A DNA stretch of 52,585 bases from Candidatus Omnitrophota bacterium (GCA_043808425.1 JAZDEW010000023.1:1-52585); one strand, 5' to 3'. Shown: positions 19,370 through 29,055, counted from the first letter of the stretch. A program made the numbers and translations. Notes: generated by a model not told the origin, from the letters alone.

Positions 19370-20341
19370 CTAAACCGTAGAAACTACAAAAACCTGCCAG
19401 GATTTATCTCTCTTCGCTAACTTATTCTTTAAATCCTGCGCCTGTTTGCGGTCAGCGCAAATCCCAAATACTGCCGGCCCGCTTCCGGACATCATTATTT
19501 TTTCTAAACCCATGCCGGAAAGGGCGTTTTTAACCTGGTTAACAACCGGATAAAGATTACGCGTGACAGCCTCCAGGCCATTAAAAAAACAATCTGCCTT
19601 GGCCGCCTTGCCCTTTTTCAAGAACTCAGAGACAAGTATTCTAACATTACACCTTAGCCTTGTCAACCCCACGCCTTGTTTTCTGTCCCGCTTTTTACTA
19701 GTTTGAGTTTGCTCAAGCGGCAAGCTTGCTCCAGAAAAAGCCTGGCCTGCCGGCAAACAAGTATCAAGTTTCCGGTAAATCATCGGGGTAGAAACCTTAA
19801 TCTTAGGGCAGACCAGTATAAACCAAAGCTTAAGCTTACTTAAAGAGGCTACGGGCTTAATCTTGTCTCCCCGGCCGCTTCCCAAAGCAAACTTTGTATT
19901 ATAGATAAAAAAAGGAACATCACTGCCTAATTTAGCCCCCAATTCTACTAACCTTGTAATAGGTAAATTTAGTTTCCAGAATTTATTTAATTCCAGCAAT
20001 ACGCTGGCCGCGTTAGCTGAGCCTCCGCCCAAACCCGCGCCCACAGGTATGCATTTCTTAATCTCTATCTCTATCCCCGAGCTTAATTTAAATTCCTGCT
20101 TTAATAAGGCCGCGGCTCGATAACAAAGATTAGTCTTGTCTTTAGGCACCTGCCGGCTAGCACACCTAATCTTGATTAAACTATCTTTACGCTGGCTAAA
20201 AATTATCGTATCCGCTAAATCAATACGCGCGAACAAAGTGCTTAAATTATGAAAATCATCTTTGCGTTTATTCAAAACCTGCAAATAAAGATTTAGCTTG
20301 GCGAAGGATTTAACAACCAACGGCAAAGAGGAGTCGCGCAT
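19370..20341 (-). CDS. ispE: 4-diphosphocytidyl-2-C-methyl-D-erythritol kinase
   Basis: AKLNLYL, IPVGAGLGGGSANAA, LGSDVPFF, MSGSGP. Confidence 0.95.
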   Translation of the reverse strand: MRDSSLPLVVKSFAKLNLYLQVLNKRKDDFHNLSTLFARIDLADTIIFSQRKDSLIKIRCASRQVPKDKTNLCYRAAALLKQEFKLSSGIEIEIKKCIPVGAGLGGGSANAASVLLELNKFWKLNLPITRLVELGAKLGSDVPFFIYNTKFALGSGRGDKIKPVASLSKLKLWFILVCPKIKVSTPMIYRKLDTCLPAGQAFSGASLPLEQTQTSKKRDRKQGVGLTRLRCNVRILVSEFLKKGKAAKADCFFNGLEAVTRNLYPVVNQVKNALSGMGLEKIMMSGSGPAVFGICADRKQAQDLKNKLAKRDKSWQVFVVSTV

Positions 20342-20345
20342 AAAC

Positions 20346-21281
20346 TTATTTTTTAGAGATATTTGATAAAACTGCTTTTTCAATATCCAAACTGCTTAAA
20401 TTATACTCCGCTAAAAGTTCTTCCGTCTGGCCTGACTGCCCAAAACGGTTACGCACGCCTATGCGGATCACCCTAACCGGAAAATTCTCGGCCACTACTT
20501 CATCAATGCTTGAGGCCAGGCCGCCGAAAATATTATGCTCCTCACAAGCAATAATCAATTTAGTTTCCCTGGCCGCCTTGAGGATAATCTCACGGTCAAT
20601 CGGCCGAATCGTATGCATATTAATCAGGCGCGCCTTTATACCTTTGGCCGCTAAACTTTTTACCGCTCCCAGTGCCTGGTCAACCATCATGCCGCAGGCA
20701 ACAATCGTCACATCATTGCCTTCGGCTAAAAGCTGGCCCTGGCCAAATTTAAAATCACCTTTATGCTCAATAGTAGGCGTTTTAGATCGACCTAAACGAA
20801 TATAAAAAGGCCCCGGATTATCCGCGGCCGCCATTATCGCCTCCTCTGTCTGCGGAGCGTCAGCGGGAACAATAATATTCATATTCGCCAATACGCGCAT
20901 CAGCGCGATATCCTCTAAGGCCTGATGGCTGGCTCCATCCGGTCCGACGGTAATACCGGCATGCGTAGCGACAATTTTAACATTAAAATTATTATAGCTT
21001 ATAGAAACCCTCACCTGGTCCCAGGCGCGGCCGGCGGCAAATACGGCAAAGGTAGAAAGAAAAACTGTCTTGCCGCAACTAGCCAAACCTGCGGCGGCAG
21101 CCATCATGTTCTGCTCGGCAACTCCAAAATTAAAAAATCTGTCCGGAAACTGTTTGGCAAAAAGATTAGTGCGGGTCGAGCTGGAAAGATCCGCATCCAA
21201 AACTACAATATTCTTATCCCTTGACCCCAGCCTTACTAAGGCCGCTCCATAAATATCTCTTTGATAAAGCTGCTGGGCCAT
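20346..21281 (-). CDS. Transketolase, C-terminal subunit
   Basis: LDADLSSST, GVAEQNM, GPDGASHQ, EEHNIFGGL. Confidence 0.93.
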   Translation of the reverse strand: MAQQLYQRDIYGAALVRLGSRDKNIVVLDADLSSSTRTNLFAKQFPDRFFNFGVAEQNMMAAAAGLASCGKTVFLSTFAVFAAGRAWDQVRVSISYNNFNVKIVATHAGITVGPDGASHQALEDIALMRVLANMNIIVPADAPQTEEAIMAAADNPGPFYIRLGRSKTPTIEHKGDFKFGQGQLLAEGNDVTIVACGMMVDQALGAVKSLAAKGIKARLINMHTIRPIDREIILKAARETKLIIACEEHNIFGGLASSIDEVVAENFPVRVIRIGVRNRFGQSGQTEELLAEYNLSSLDIEKAVLSNISKK

Positions 21282-22102
21282 TATACTAACTCCTCTAAAG
21301 CCTTCCGGGCCTCTTCCTCAGTAGGAGCCCGGCCATGAAAACTCACTACTTCCTCCATAAAAGATACGCCTTTGCCTTTTACGGTCCGGGCAATAATAAT
21401 GGCCGGTTTATTTTTAATTGTTTTAGCTTGATCATACGCCGCAAGAATCTGCTGCATATCATGCCCGTTAATCTCGATAACATGCCAACCAAAAGCCTGC
21501 CATTTGGCGGCCAGGGGTTCCAGCCCCATAATATCCTGGCATCTTCCGTCAATCTGACAACCATTAAAATCTAAAATAGCGCAAAGGTTGCTGCAGGAAA
21601 AATGAGCGCCAGCCATCGCCGCCTCCCAAATGCCGCCCTCTTGCACCTCTCCGTCACCCAATAAAACATAAACCCGATAATCTTTTTTATCTACTTTTGC
21701 CGCCAGGCTCATTCCCAAGGCAATGGAAAGCCCCTGGCCAAGTGAACCGGAGGCAGATTCAATACCCGGAGTTTTACGATCCGGATGCCCCTGAAGAATT
21801 GAACCAAATTTCCGTAAGGTAAATAATTTTTCTTTTGAAAAGTAGCCCGTCTGGGCTAATACCGCGTACCAAAGCGGACAACAGTGCCCCTTAGACATAT
21901 GAAAACGGTCTCTATCCGGCCACTGTGGATCGGCCGGATTAAAACGTAAAACATTAAAATATAACGCGGTAATTAGATCCGTGGCCGAAAGGCTTCCTCC
22001 GGGGTGGCCTGAACCGGCTTTCGCCAGCATCTGGATTATTAACCGTCGAATTTGAAGAGCCTGAGCGGCCAATTCCGCGGTAGTTAATTGCTTATTTGCC
22101 AT
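21281..22102 (-). CDS. Transketolase, N-terminal subunit
   Basis: SGHPGGSLS, DRFHMSKGH, GSLGQG, TPP motif GDGE...N. Confidence 0.94.
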   Translation of the reverse strand: MANKQLTTAELAAQALQIRRLIIQMLAKAGSGHPGGSLSATDLITALYFNVLRFNPADPQWPDRDRFHMSKGHCCPLWYAVLAQTGYFSKEKLFTLRKFGSILQGHPDRKTPGIESASGSLGQGLSIALGMSLAAKVDKKDYRVYVLLGDGEVQEGGIWEAAMAGAHFSCSNLCAILDFNGCQIDGRCQDIMGLEPLAAKWQAFGWHVIEINGHDMQQILAAYDQAKTIKNKPAIIIARTVKGKGVSFMEEVVSFHGRAPTEEEARKALEELV

Positions 22103-23069
22103 GGTTGGTGAGTTTTAACAGCTTTTCTTTTACCTTATCGCTTTGAGAATCTAATTTCAGGGATTTCTCCCAATTCAATTTTGCGCTATCGGAATTACCT
22201 AATTTTAAAAAAACATCCCCCAGATGATCATAAATTACCGGATCGCTAAAACATGATGCCGCTCTTTCCAGATAACTTAACGCCTCCTTAAACATCCCCT
22301 TTTTATAATAAAACCAGCCCAGGCTATCCAAATAAGCGCCATTTTCCGGCTCAAAAACTAAAGCCTGCTTAATCAATAAACCTGCCTGATCAATATTTTT
22401 ATCCTGCTCCAGATAAAAATATCCAAGAAAATTTAAAGCTTCATGATAATCGGATTTTAATTTTATTGCGCTGTTTAACTCTTTCTCTGCAGAAGAATAA
22501 TCCTTTAAATTATAATAAATATCCCCCAGATAAAAATGCGCCTGCGCGTCGGCCGGAGCCATTTTTACTATTAGTTTAAAAATACCCTCGGCTTGTTTTA
22601 ATTTTTTCTGCTGCAGATAAATAGCGCCGATGCTTTTATAAATATCGATATTCTCTGGCTGTGACTTTGCGGCATTTTCAAGGGCTAAGATATATTCCCC
22701 CGCCGCCAACTCTGATTTATTCTGAGAGGCGTAAATTAAAGCCAGTAACGCGTGCGGCTGCACGGCTTCCGGAGCAAGACTAATAGACTGTTTGAGTTCT
22801 TTAATCGCTAAAACCGGATCATCTTTTTGGATAAAAATTGATGCCAAATTTAAATGCACCAAAGAACTCTGAGGGCCAGTATCTAACGCCTTCTGATATT
22901 CCTGAATTGCTCCATCTAAATCCCCCAGACTTTCTGAATAAGCTCCGACAATATAGTGGCTTAAGCTTCTGGCATCTTCTTTAGAGGTATCTTTGGCCTG
23001 TGCGGGTAAAACACCTAAGGCCATTATAAGGCAAAGACAGAATAAACTGTTAAAATATTTCAATTTCAA
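22092..23069 (-). CDS. Exported tetratricopeptide repeat protein
   Basis: Signal peptide and multiple TPRs (ALNFLGY, YLDSLGWFYY, DHLGDV). Confidence 0.88.
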   Translation of the reverse strand: MKLKYFNSLFCLCLIMALGVLPAQAKDTSKEDARSLSHYIVGAYSESLGDLDGAIQEYQKALDTGPQSSLVHLNLASIFIQKDDPVLAIKELKQSISLAPEAVQPHALLALIYASQNKSELAAGEYILALENAAKSQPENIDIYKSIGAIYLQQKKLKQAEGIFKLIVKMAPADAQAHFYLGDIYYNLKDYSSAEKELNSAIKLKSDYHEALNFLGYFYLEQDKNIDQAGLLIKQALVFEPENGAYLDSLGWFYYKKGMFKEALSYLERAASCFSDPVIYDHLGDVFLKLGNSDSAKLNWEKSLKLDSQSDKVKEKLLKLTNHGK

Positions 23070-23089
23070 AAAAACCCTCTTAAAAAGCC

Positions 23090-23200
23090 TTAACCTTTAC
23101 CGCCCCAAGCTCTTTTCTTCAAGTGACGTAAACGACGGCGTAATTTTTTACGCTTATGGGTTTTAATTTTTTGTCTTTTTCTCTTCTTTCCGCAAGGCAT
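23090..23200 (-). CDS. 36-aa basic protein, bS22/mS38 (AURKAIP1/COX24-like) ribosomal protein; not in the ORF track
   Basis: MPCGKKRKRQKIKTHKRKKLRRRLRHLKKRAWGGKG after an AAGGAG RBS. Confidence 0.82.
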   Translation of the reverse strand: MPCGKKRKRQKIKTHKRKKLRRRLRHLKKRAWGGKG

Positions 23201-23226
23201 GCTTTACTCCTTATCTTAACATCTTC

Positions 23227-23335
23227 TGTGTAATGTTAAATGTGTAACGTGTAATAAATTTATTTTTTACATTACCCTTTGTTTTGCATTAAACTCACGT
23301 TTTCACATTACACATTACACATTACACATTACACA
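23227..23335. repeat. Inverted pair of heptamer tandem arrays
   Basis: TGTGTAA-like x4 at 23227-23254 facing CACATTA x4 at 23304-23335. Confidence 0.85.
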
Positions 23336-23345
23336 AAATCTAATC

Positions 23346-24230
23346 TTAATATATAACCTTATTCAGCGGATACTCAATAATTCCCTGTGCCCCCGCCGCC
23401 TTTAATTCAGGAATAAGTATTCTCACAACTTTCTCGTCTATAATCGTCTCAATCGCAAACCAGCCATCATCGCTCAAGCCGGAAATTGTAGGTTTTTTTA
23501 AGGCCGGTAATTTAGCGATAACTTTTTGAAGATTTTCTTTTTTTACATTCATCTTCAGGCCGACTTTTTCTTCCGCGGCTATTGCTCCTCTTAAAAGAAG
23601 AGCAATCTGTTCCATCTTAACTTTTTTCCAATTATCTTTACAAGAGTCCTTATTGGCAATAAACTGAGTAGTCGACTCGCAAAGAGTGGCAATTTCAACT
23701 AATTTATTCGCTCGCAAAGAACTTCCGGTTTCCGTCAGCTCCACAATCGCATCCACCAGGCCGCCCGAAACCTTAGCCTCAGTTGCCCCCCAGCTAAACT
23801 CTACCTCAACCTTAATCTTATTCTTTTTAAAATACTCTTTAGTCACGCCGACTAATTCGGTGGCAACCCGCCTGCCATTTAAATCTTTAACCTTTTTTAT
23901 TCCCGAATTCTGCGGAACAGCCAAAACCCACCTGACCTTGTTTAAGCTCTGCTTGGAATAAGTTAAATCCGTAATTCTCACGACATCAGATTTATTTTCT
24001 AAGATCCAATCATTGCCGGTTATCCCGCAATCAAGCGCCCCGTCTTGAACATAGCGCGACATCTCCTGCGCCCGTAAAAGAACCGGCTGAATCTGGGGGT
24101 CATCTATCGACGGAACATAGGAACGCGAGCTAGGCAGGTTTACGTTAAACCCCGCTTTTTTAAACATTTTAAAGGTAGACTCCTGGAGGCTCCCCTTAGG
24201 TAACCCTAATTTTAAAAACTTATCTTTCAT
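23346..24230 (-). CDS. hisG: ATP phosphoribosyltransferase (long form)
   Basis: LGLPKGSL, LDCGITGNDW, GATEAK, DAIVELTETGSSLRAN, C-terminal regulatory domain. Confidence 0.96.
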   Translation of the reverse strand: MKDKFLKLGLPKGSLQESTFKMFKKAGFNVNLPSSRSYVPSIDDPQIQPVLLRAQEMSRYVQDGALDCGITGNDWILENKSDVVRITDLTYSKQSLNKVRWVLAVPQNSGIKKVKDLNGRRVATELVGVTKEYFKKNKIKVEVEFSWGATEAKVSGGLVDAIVELTETGSSLRANKLVEIATLCESTTQFIANKDSCKDNWKKVKMEQIALLLRGAIAAEEKVGLKMNVKKENLQKVIAKLPALKKPTISGLSDDGWFAIETIIDEKVVRILIPELKAAGAQGIIEYPLNKVIY

Positions 24231-24325
24231 GTTAAATATTCCTCTTATTTATAACACCCCACGGGAAGTTATTATAGCCACAGATCAATATTTTGTAAAG
24301 CCCAAATATCAACCCCCAGCAAGCA

Positions 24326-27037
24326 TCAACTTAAATAGACTTCCAGTAAATTTAACTTATCCGCTGGCAAATCAATGATTACTTCTCTACGGATAACTAA
24401 ATAACGTAATTTATCCACGGGAAGATTTTTTGAATTAAGTAAAACTTTGAAAATCTTGTATTTACCAAAACCAAGCCTTTTGGGATTAATAAACTTTATT
24501 TTTATCCTTCTCTTGGCAAAAACCCGCTCAATGCTAATGCCGCTACTTTTACAAAAATGCTCTGCACTTAATTTTGGCTCAATTAACAAATCACCGTCTT
24601 GGCCTTTAACCCCAAAAACCTGAGTAAGCATGGTCAGAACAAACCAGCTGGCGGAACCGGTTAAATAGGGATACATCCCCCGGCCGCTAAGATCAAAATA
24701 TTCCGGCAGACAGGGATAAATTTTACTCTTTTGGGTATTCGCGGCCAGCTTATAGAGCGAACTTAAGGCTTCCCAGCCTTCTTGAGCATAGCCTTGTTTA
24801 TACAAAGCGTAAGCGAACATAACTACCATATGGCTAAATACCGCTCCGTTCTCCTTGTCTCCATAGGAAAATGAAAATGCCCGGCCTAAATTATACTGCT
24901 CTTTATTCTCCGCTTTTGGCGAAATCCGGAGCGCAGTTTTAAATGAACTGCGGGAAAAGTCAGTATTCAAACGGATGCCTCCAATAGATTTATCATATAA
25001 ATATCGACGGACATTTGATAATATCTTCTTGACTTGAACGGCACTGGCAAGCTGGCTCATCATCGGAAAAACTTGAGAAGCTAAGGTCATCCGCACAAAA
25101 TTACCTTTTACCCCGTCCACCCTCTGTTTACCATTATCATAATATCCGTTAAAAAACCCTGTTTTTAGCCATTCGCTCTTTTGAATATGCCCTTTCATCC
25201 AGAGAGCCTTCTTCCGCAAAGAATTAATCAAGCTTAACGCGTCTAGGCGAATTTTCTTACCCGAGAGATGTTCTTTGGTTTGAGAAAAGTACTTCTCTAA
25301 GATCCTGTGTTTTTGCGCGATATCCGCATAATTAAAATCAACCAGCAAAACTTTTAACTCTTGCGCCACTTCCAGGTCTTTGATGCCGGCCTTAAGCAAA
25401 AGCTGCGATAAAATAAGAATATTCTGCGCATACATCGCAGAAAAAGCCACACTCTCCCCATATTCTTTAGCCATATCCAGGCCATCATTCCAATCCGCGC
25501 CTTCCAAGCGCACATGATTATGCGGGCCGACATTATAAAATTGCACCAAATTTTGAACCAGTAAATGCTCTAATACCGTACCGGAATAAATTTTCCCGGA
25601 TTTTGTTTTCAGCCGGTTCCCGTATGCTGGGCTCCAGCGATAATCAATATCCCGGACGCGATTTACTTGGTGGTTCCTAAAATAAGTGGCCGGCGCGAAT
25701 AATATCTCCAAATCAGCAGTCTCATGAATATATAAATCCAGGGTAATCAAAGGCCAAACCCCATGGTCCATCCATACCCGGCTAATATTATTACGATCGG
25801 CAATAAACTCTCCCGATTTTTTGCCGATAATGGTGGCATTCGACCCATCGATTTTTACCCCACAAAAATTATTGATTAAAAGCATTCGCACTGCCTGCGG
25901 GTCACTTAAAATAATTCCCAGACAATCCTGCCAAAGATCACGCCATCCCCGGCCACCTTTGCCATAATCAAAATCCGGCAGAAATGAACAACCGAATATT
26001 TTTCTCAGCAATGGCTGGAGGCTGACCCAGCGGTGCCAATTATCAAAATGCTTATTGCCGCTAGTGACCTCGATAAGCTTTGATTTGGCTTGCCAAAACT
26101 TTTTGGTTTTTTCAAAATGCGCATTTACTTTCGCGGGATGATTAAATTTGCTAATTAAAGCGCCTAAATTACAATCCTCCTGAGCAATACCTAAAATAAT
26201 AGTATAAGTTATTTTGGCCTTCGCCGGCAGAGTAATTTTAGCAAAGCGCATTGCGCCCATCGACTCCTTGCCTTGAATAAATGTTTTCCGGGGAAGCTTA
26301 TTTTCAAAAACAGCTTCCGGAGCCTCTAAATCTCCTGAATCTCCGCAAAAAATTTCTTGGGTAGGATAAATATACTGCGGCCCTTTGCCTTTATTATCAC
26401 AGGCAGCGCAATAATAAACCGTATTATTCGGCCGATGTCCTGATTCATCAAAAACCAATGTCGGCTTAATCTTAACTCCATATTTTTCCTCTTTAATCCG
26501 CGTTAAAAGAGAGGTCACATGGCGATGATCGCGTAAATTATCGGCGCTACGGGCGTATAAAGGTACTGCCACATAAGAAATAAAGCTTATCTTCCTTTGG
26601 CTAATATTAGTAATTTCAACTTGCATAACCTCCAATGCTTCCGGGCCAATAGGAATAAAAGATAAAATTTCCGACTTTAAGCCTATTTTATTATTTTTAC
26701 GGCTAATCCGCTGCCAAAGCTGCCCGGCTTCTAGAACAAATTTATCCTGACGAATCTGCTTAAGATCTTTAGAAACTCCTGTTGCCGACCAAACTTTATT
26801 TTTATTTACGTAAATCCAAAAATTTCTTGAGCCCCGGGAAAGAGAAAGATTAGCTCTACTGGAAGGCTCCATTAAAAAACTATTCTGCCCGCTTTTTATA
26901 TCCCCATGTAAATCCGCGGTTACAGAAGACATCAGCAGCTCATTACAAAGCGGTAAATACAGGGTTTTTATCTTTTGGGCAGAAGAAGAGCTAAAGCTCC
27001 CCGAGTCATCCGTAAAATTATATAAATTATTTTCCAT
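24326..27037 (-). CDS. GH94 glycoside phosphorylase, laminaribiose phosphorylase-like
   Basis: RSADNLRDHRHVTSLL, DYGKGGRGWRDLWQD, LEGADWNDGLD, KENGAVFSHM, YLTGSASW resemble characterised laminaribiose phosphorylases as recalled. Confidence 0.87.
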   Translation of the reverse strand: MENNLYNFTDDSGSFSSSSAQKIKTLYLPLCNELLMSSVTADLHGDIKSGQNSFLMEPSSRANLSLSRGSRNFWIYVNKNKVWSATGVSKDLKQIRQDKFVLEAGQLWQRISRKNNKIGLKSEILSFIPIGPEALEVMQVEITNISQRKISFISYVAVPLYARSADNLRDHRHVTSLLTRIKEEKYGVKIKPTLVFDESGHRPNNTVYYCAACDNKGKGPQYIYPTQEIFCGDSGDLEAPEAVFENKLPRKTFIQGKESMGAMRFAKITLPAKAKITYTIILGIAQEDCNLGALISKFNHPAKVNAHFEKTKKFWQAKSKLIEVTSGNKHFDNWHRWVSLQPLLRKIFGCSFLPDFDYGKGGRGWRDLWQDCLGIILSDPQAVRMLLINNFCGVKIDGSNATIIGKKSGEFIADRNNISRVWMDHGVWPLITLDLYIHETADLEILFAPATYFRNHQVNRVRDIDYRWSPAYGNRLKTKSGKIYSGTVLEHLLVQNLVQFYNVGPHNHVRLEGADWNDGLDMAKEYGESVAFSAMYAQNILILSQLLLKAGIKDLEVAQELKVLLVDFNYADIAQKHRILEKYFSQTKEHLSGKKIRLDALSLINSLRKKALWMKGHIQKSEWLKTGFFNGYYDNGKQRVDGVKGNFVRMTLASQVFPMMSQLASAVQVKKILSNVRRYLYDKSIGGIRLNTDFSRSSFKTALRISPKAENKEQYNLGRAFSFSYGDKENGAVFSHMVVMFAYALYKQGYAQEGWEALSSLYKLAANTQKSKIYPCLPEYFDLSGRGMYPYLTGSASWFVLTMLTQVFGVKGQDGDLLIEPKLSAEHFCKSSGISIERVFAKRRIKIKFINPKRLGFGKYKIFKVLLNSKNLPVDKLRYLVIRREVIIDLPADKLNLLEVYLS

Positions 27038-27110
27038 CGGAATCTAAATCAATATCAACCCTATAATTTTGAGTTTTCTTGGTGGGTAATTAATAAAGGC
27101 GGTAAAAAAC

Positions 27111-27260
27111 TTAAACCCCATCCTGGTTAATCGCCGGCTCCGAACTTTCTTTTAATTTGGCCATTTTTTTATTAAGCTTTAGCAATCTCTTTGCCTCTTG
27201 TTTCTTTTTTCTTGCCTGTTCTTTAAGGTTCTTTTGAAAAGAATAGTTAACTACTGCCAT
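27111..27260 (-). CDS. 49-aa basic hypothetical protein; not in the ORF track
   Basis: MAVVNYSFQKNLKEQARKKKQEAKRLLKLNKKMAKLKESSEPAINQDGV with AAGGAGG RBS and an upstream TATAAT. Confidence 0.7.
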   Translation of the reverse strand: MAVVNYSFQKNLKEQARKKKQEAKRLLKLNKKMAKLKESSEPAINQDGV

Positions 27261-27405
27261 AATTTTCCCCTCCTTTTTAATTATACCCTAACATTTAAAA
27301 ATTAATTTTGATTACCAATATATTAGTTTTTCCTGCCCAGCCTACCGTTACACTTTGTTTGACTTTAAAAAACAATATATAATTACTATAATGAAGATAG
27401 AATAT

Positions 27406-27729
27406 CTACTTCTCCCGATGAGAGGCCTTCTTCAACGATTCCATAAAATCAGCGCTAAACCTGCTCCCCAAAGACTCGGCTTTGTGCACATCCTGCCAGC
27501 ATTGCGCATAATTTTTTTTATAAAAATAAGCAACCGCTCTGTTATAATAGGCTCCGCCATAATTAGGGGCCTTTTTTATGGCCTCGCTAAATACGGAAAT
27601 AATACTGTTTATTTCTGTTTCGTCAACTAACGCGGGTTTTTCTATAATTACAGGCGAAGTTTTATTTTCTTTGCCTGCCGTGGCGCAGCCCAATAATCCT
27701 AAACACAATAATACAATGATTTTTTTCAT
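27406..27729 (-). CDS. Small TPR lipoprotein
   Basis: Lipobox LLGC; TPR (AYYNRAVAYFYKKNY). Confidence 0.82.
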   Translation of the reverse strand: MKKIIVLLCLGLLGCATAGKENKTSPVIIEKPALVDETEINSIISVFSEAIKKAPNYGGAYYNRAVAYFYKKNYAQCWQDVHKAESLGSRFSADFMESLKKASHREK

Positions 27730-27863
27730 TTTACCCCCCATATTTTTATTGTACCTCGAATTAAATATTAAAACAACAGAAAAGCCAACCGCCTAAACTA
27801 GTCCCAGGCTCTTAGATGCCGGCAGAAGCTTTAAAGAACCAGGCCCAGGCGGATATTAATAAG

Positions 27864-28232
27864 TTACCTATTTCCCACATTAAGATCGGTAATGCTTATA
27901 GCCTTAAGCCCGCTTAATCCGTCATCATAATAAGTAACGGTAACCGAATCAAACTGCTCGATATCAGAAAGGGATTTTGTTACCGTGCCATTCATAATCT
28001 TAGTTTCTCCAGAGACAATAATATTAATTTCATCTATATTTCCTGAAATAAAATGAGAATAGCGTATGGTAATTATTGATTTTACCCAATCCACATCAGA
28101 CACCTTTCCAGAAATAGTTTTATTAACCTGGTTATCATCAAATGTCCAGCCATAACCTATGGTTATAAAAAGTAGAGCAAAAATGCTCATGACCCAGAGC
28201 ATATGCTTACCTAAAGCTTTTTGATAGCCCAT
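27864..28232 (-). CDS. Exported hypothetical protein, small OB-fold-like
   Basis: Hydrophobic N-terminus; GKVSDVD...TKI..LSDI..VTVTY pattern. Confidence 0.7.
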   Translation of the reverse strand: MGYQKALGKHMLWVMSIFALLFITIGYGWTFDDNQVNKTISGKVSDVDWVKSIITIRYSHFISGNIDEINIIVSGETKIMNGTVTKSLSDIEQFDSVTVTYYDDGLSGLKAISITDLNVGNR

Positions 28233-28290
28233 TTTAGCTTTCCCCCCCCATTCTCCTAACCAGCCTAATCAATATTAATTTCCCTCTAAA

Positions 28291-28869
28291 TTAAAATGAT
28301 ACAAATTCAAATTTTGAAATCTTTCGTCTGTCGGCCTCATTAATATCTATAAATTCAATACCTAGGCCCCAACGGGTCCGGGTATCTTTAACATCGGTAG
28401 CCCAAACAAAAGCTCTCCAGCGCACTACTCCTTTTACCTGAATGGGACAGTCATCTTCCGGCAATTTGATTACTAAAGATAAAACGTCGCCTAATTCTAT
28501 TTGTTCATCAACAATAAGATGGATACCTGCTGGACTTATATTTTTCGAACGGCCCTGACTTTCTAAAAGCAATTCTCTCCCGACAACAGAATACTTAATA
28601 TCCACCGATAATTCCAAGCGTGAAAATTTCCTTCTTTCTGAAAAAGAAGTTGCTTCTTTATCTTTATTACCGAGTGGATACGCCTCTAATCCCGCGGATT
28701 TATCAGATATTTGTCCCTTAAAATTATTAATTTCCTTTTGCAGCTTGAGCTTTTCCTCTGCTTGTTTAGAAATCTTTTGCTCAAGCTCTAAATTCTTCTC
28801 TTTTAGCTCTTGGACAATCACTTTAGCAAAAAATAAATTTTTTAACCACAAAAACGAATTTTTAATCAT
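28291..28869 (-). CDS. Coiled-coil plus PilZ domain protein
   Basis: ERRKFSR (RxxxR) and NISPAG motifs; GIEF. Confidence 0.87.
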   Translation of the reverse strand: MIKNSFLWLKNLFFAKVIVQELKEKNLELEQKISKQAEEKLKLQKEINNFKGQISDKSAGLEAYPLGNKDKEATSFSERRKFSRLELSVDIKYSVVGRELLLESQGRSKNISPAGIHLIVDEQIELGDVLSLVIKLPEDDCPIQVKGVVRWRAFVWATDVKDTRTRWGLGIEFIDINEADRRKISKFEFVSF

Positions 28870-28940
28870 TTAATTTATAAAAAATATGTACTTGTTCTTC
28901 TTCTCGCTCTAATTATACCCTGGAAAAGCCATAAAGCAAC

Positions 28941-28976
28941 AAAAAAACCCGCAACTTATTAAGTTACGGGTTTTTA
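28941..28976. terminator. Intrinsic terminator after tRNA-fMet
   Basis: AAAAAAACCCGCAAC...GTTACGGGTTTTT. Confidence 0.78.
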
Positions 28977-28978
28977 TA

Positions 28979-29055
28979 TGGTTGCGGGGGCCCGATTTGA
29001 ACGGACGACCTCAAGGTTATGAGCCTTGCGAGCTACCAGGCTGCTCCACCCCGCG
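28979..29055 (-). tRNA. tRNA-fMet(CAT), initiator
   Basis: CGCGGGGTGGAGCAGCCTGGTAGCTCG..CT-CAT-AA..CCCGCAACCA; C1:A72 mismatch, encoded CCA. Confidence 0.95.

Noticed and set aside
23227-23335. Possible CRISPR array
   Set aside because: 7-nt tandem units without unique spacers; no cas genes in the window
28979-29055. Initiator tRNA with A29-U41 rather than three G-C pairs
   Set aside because: Known natural variant in several bacterial and plastid initiator tRNAs
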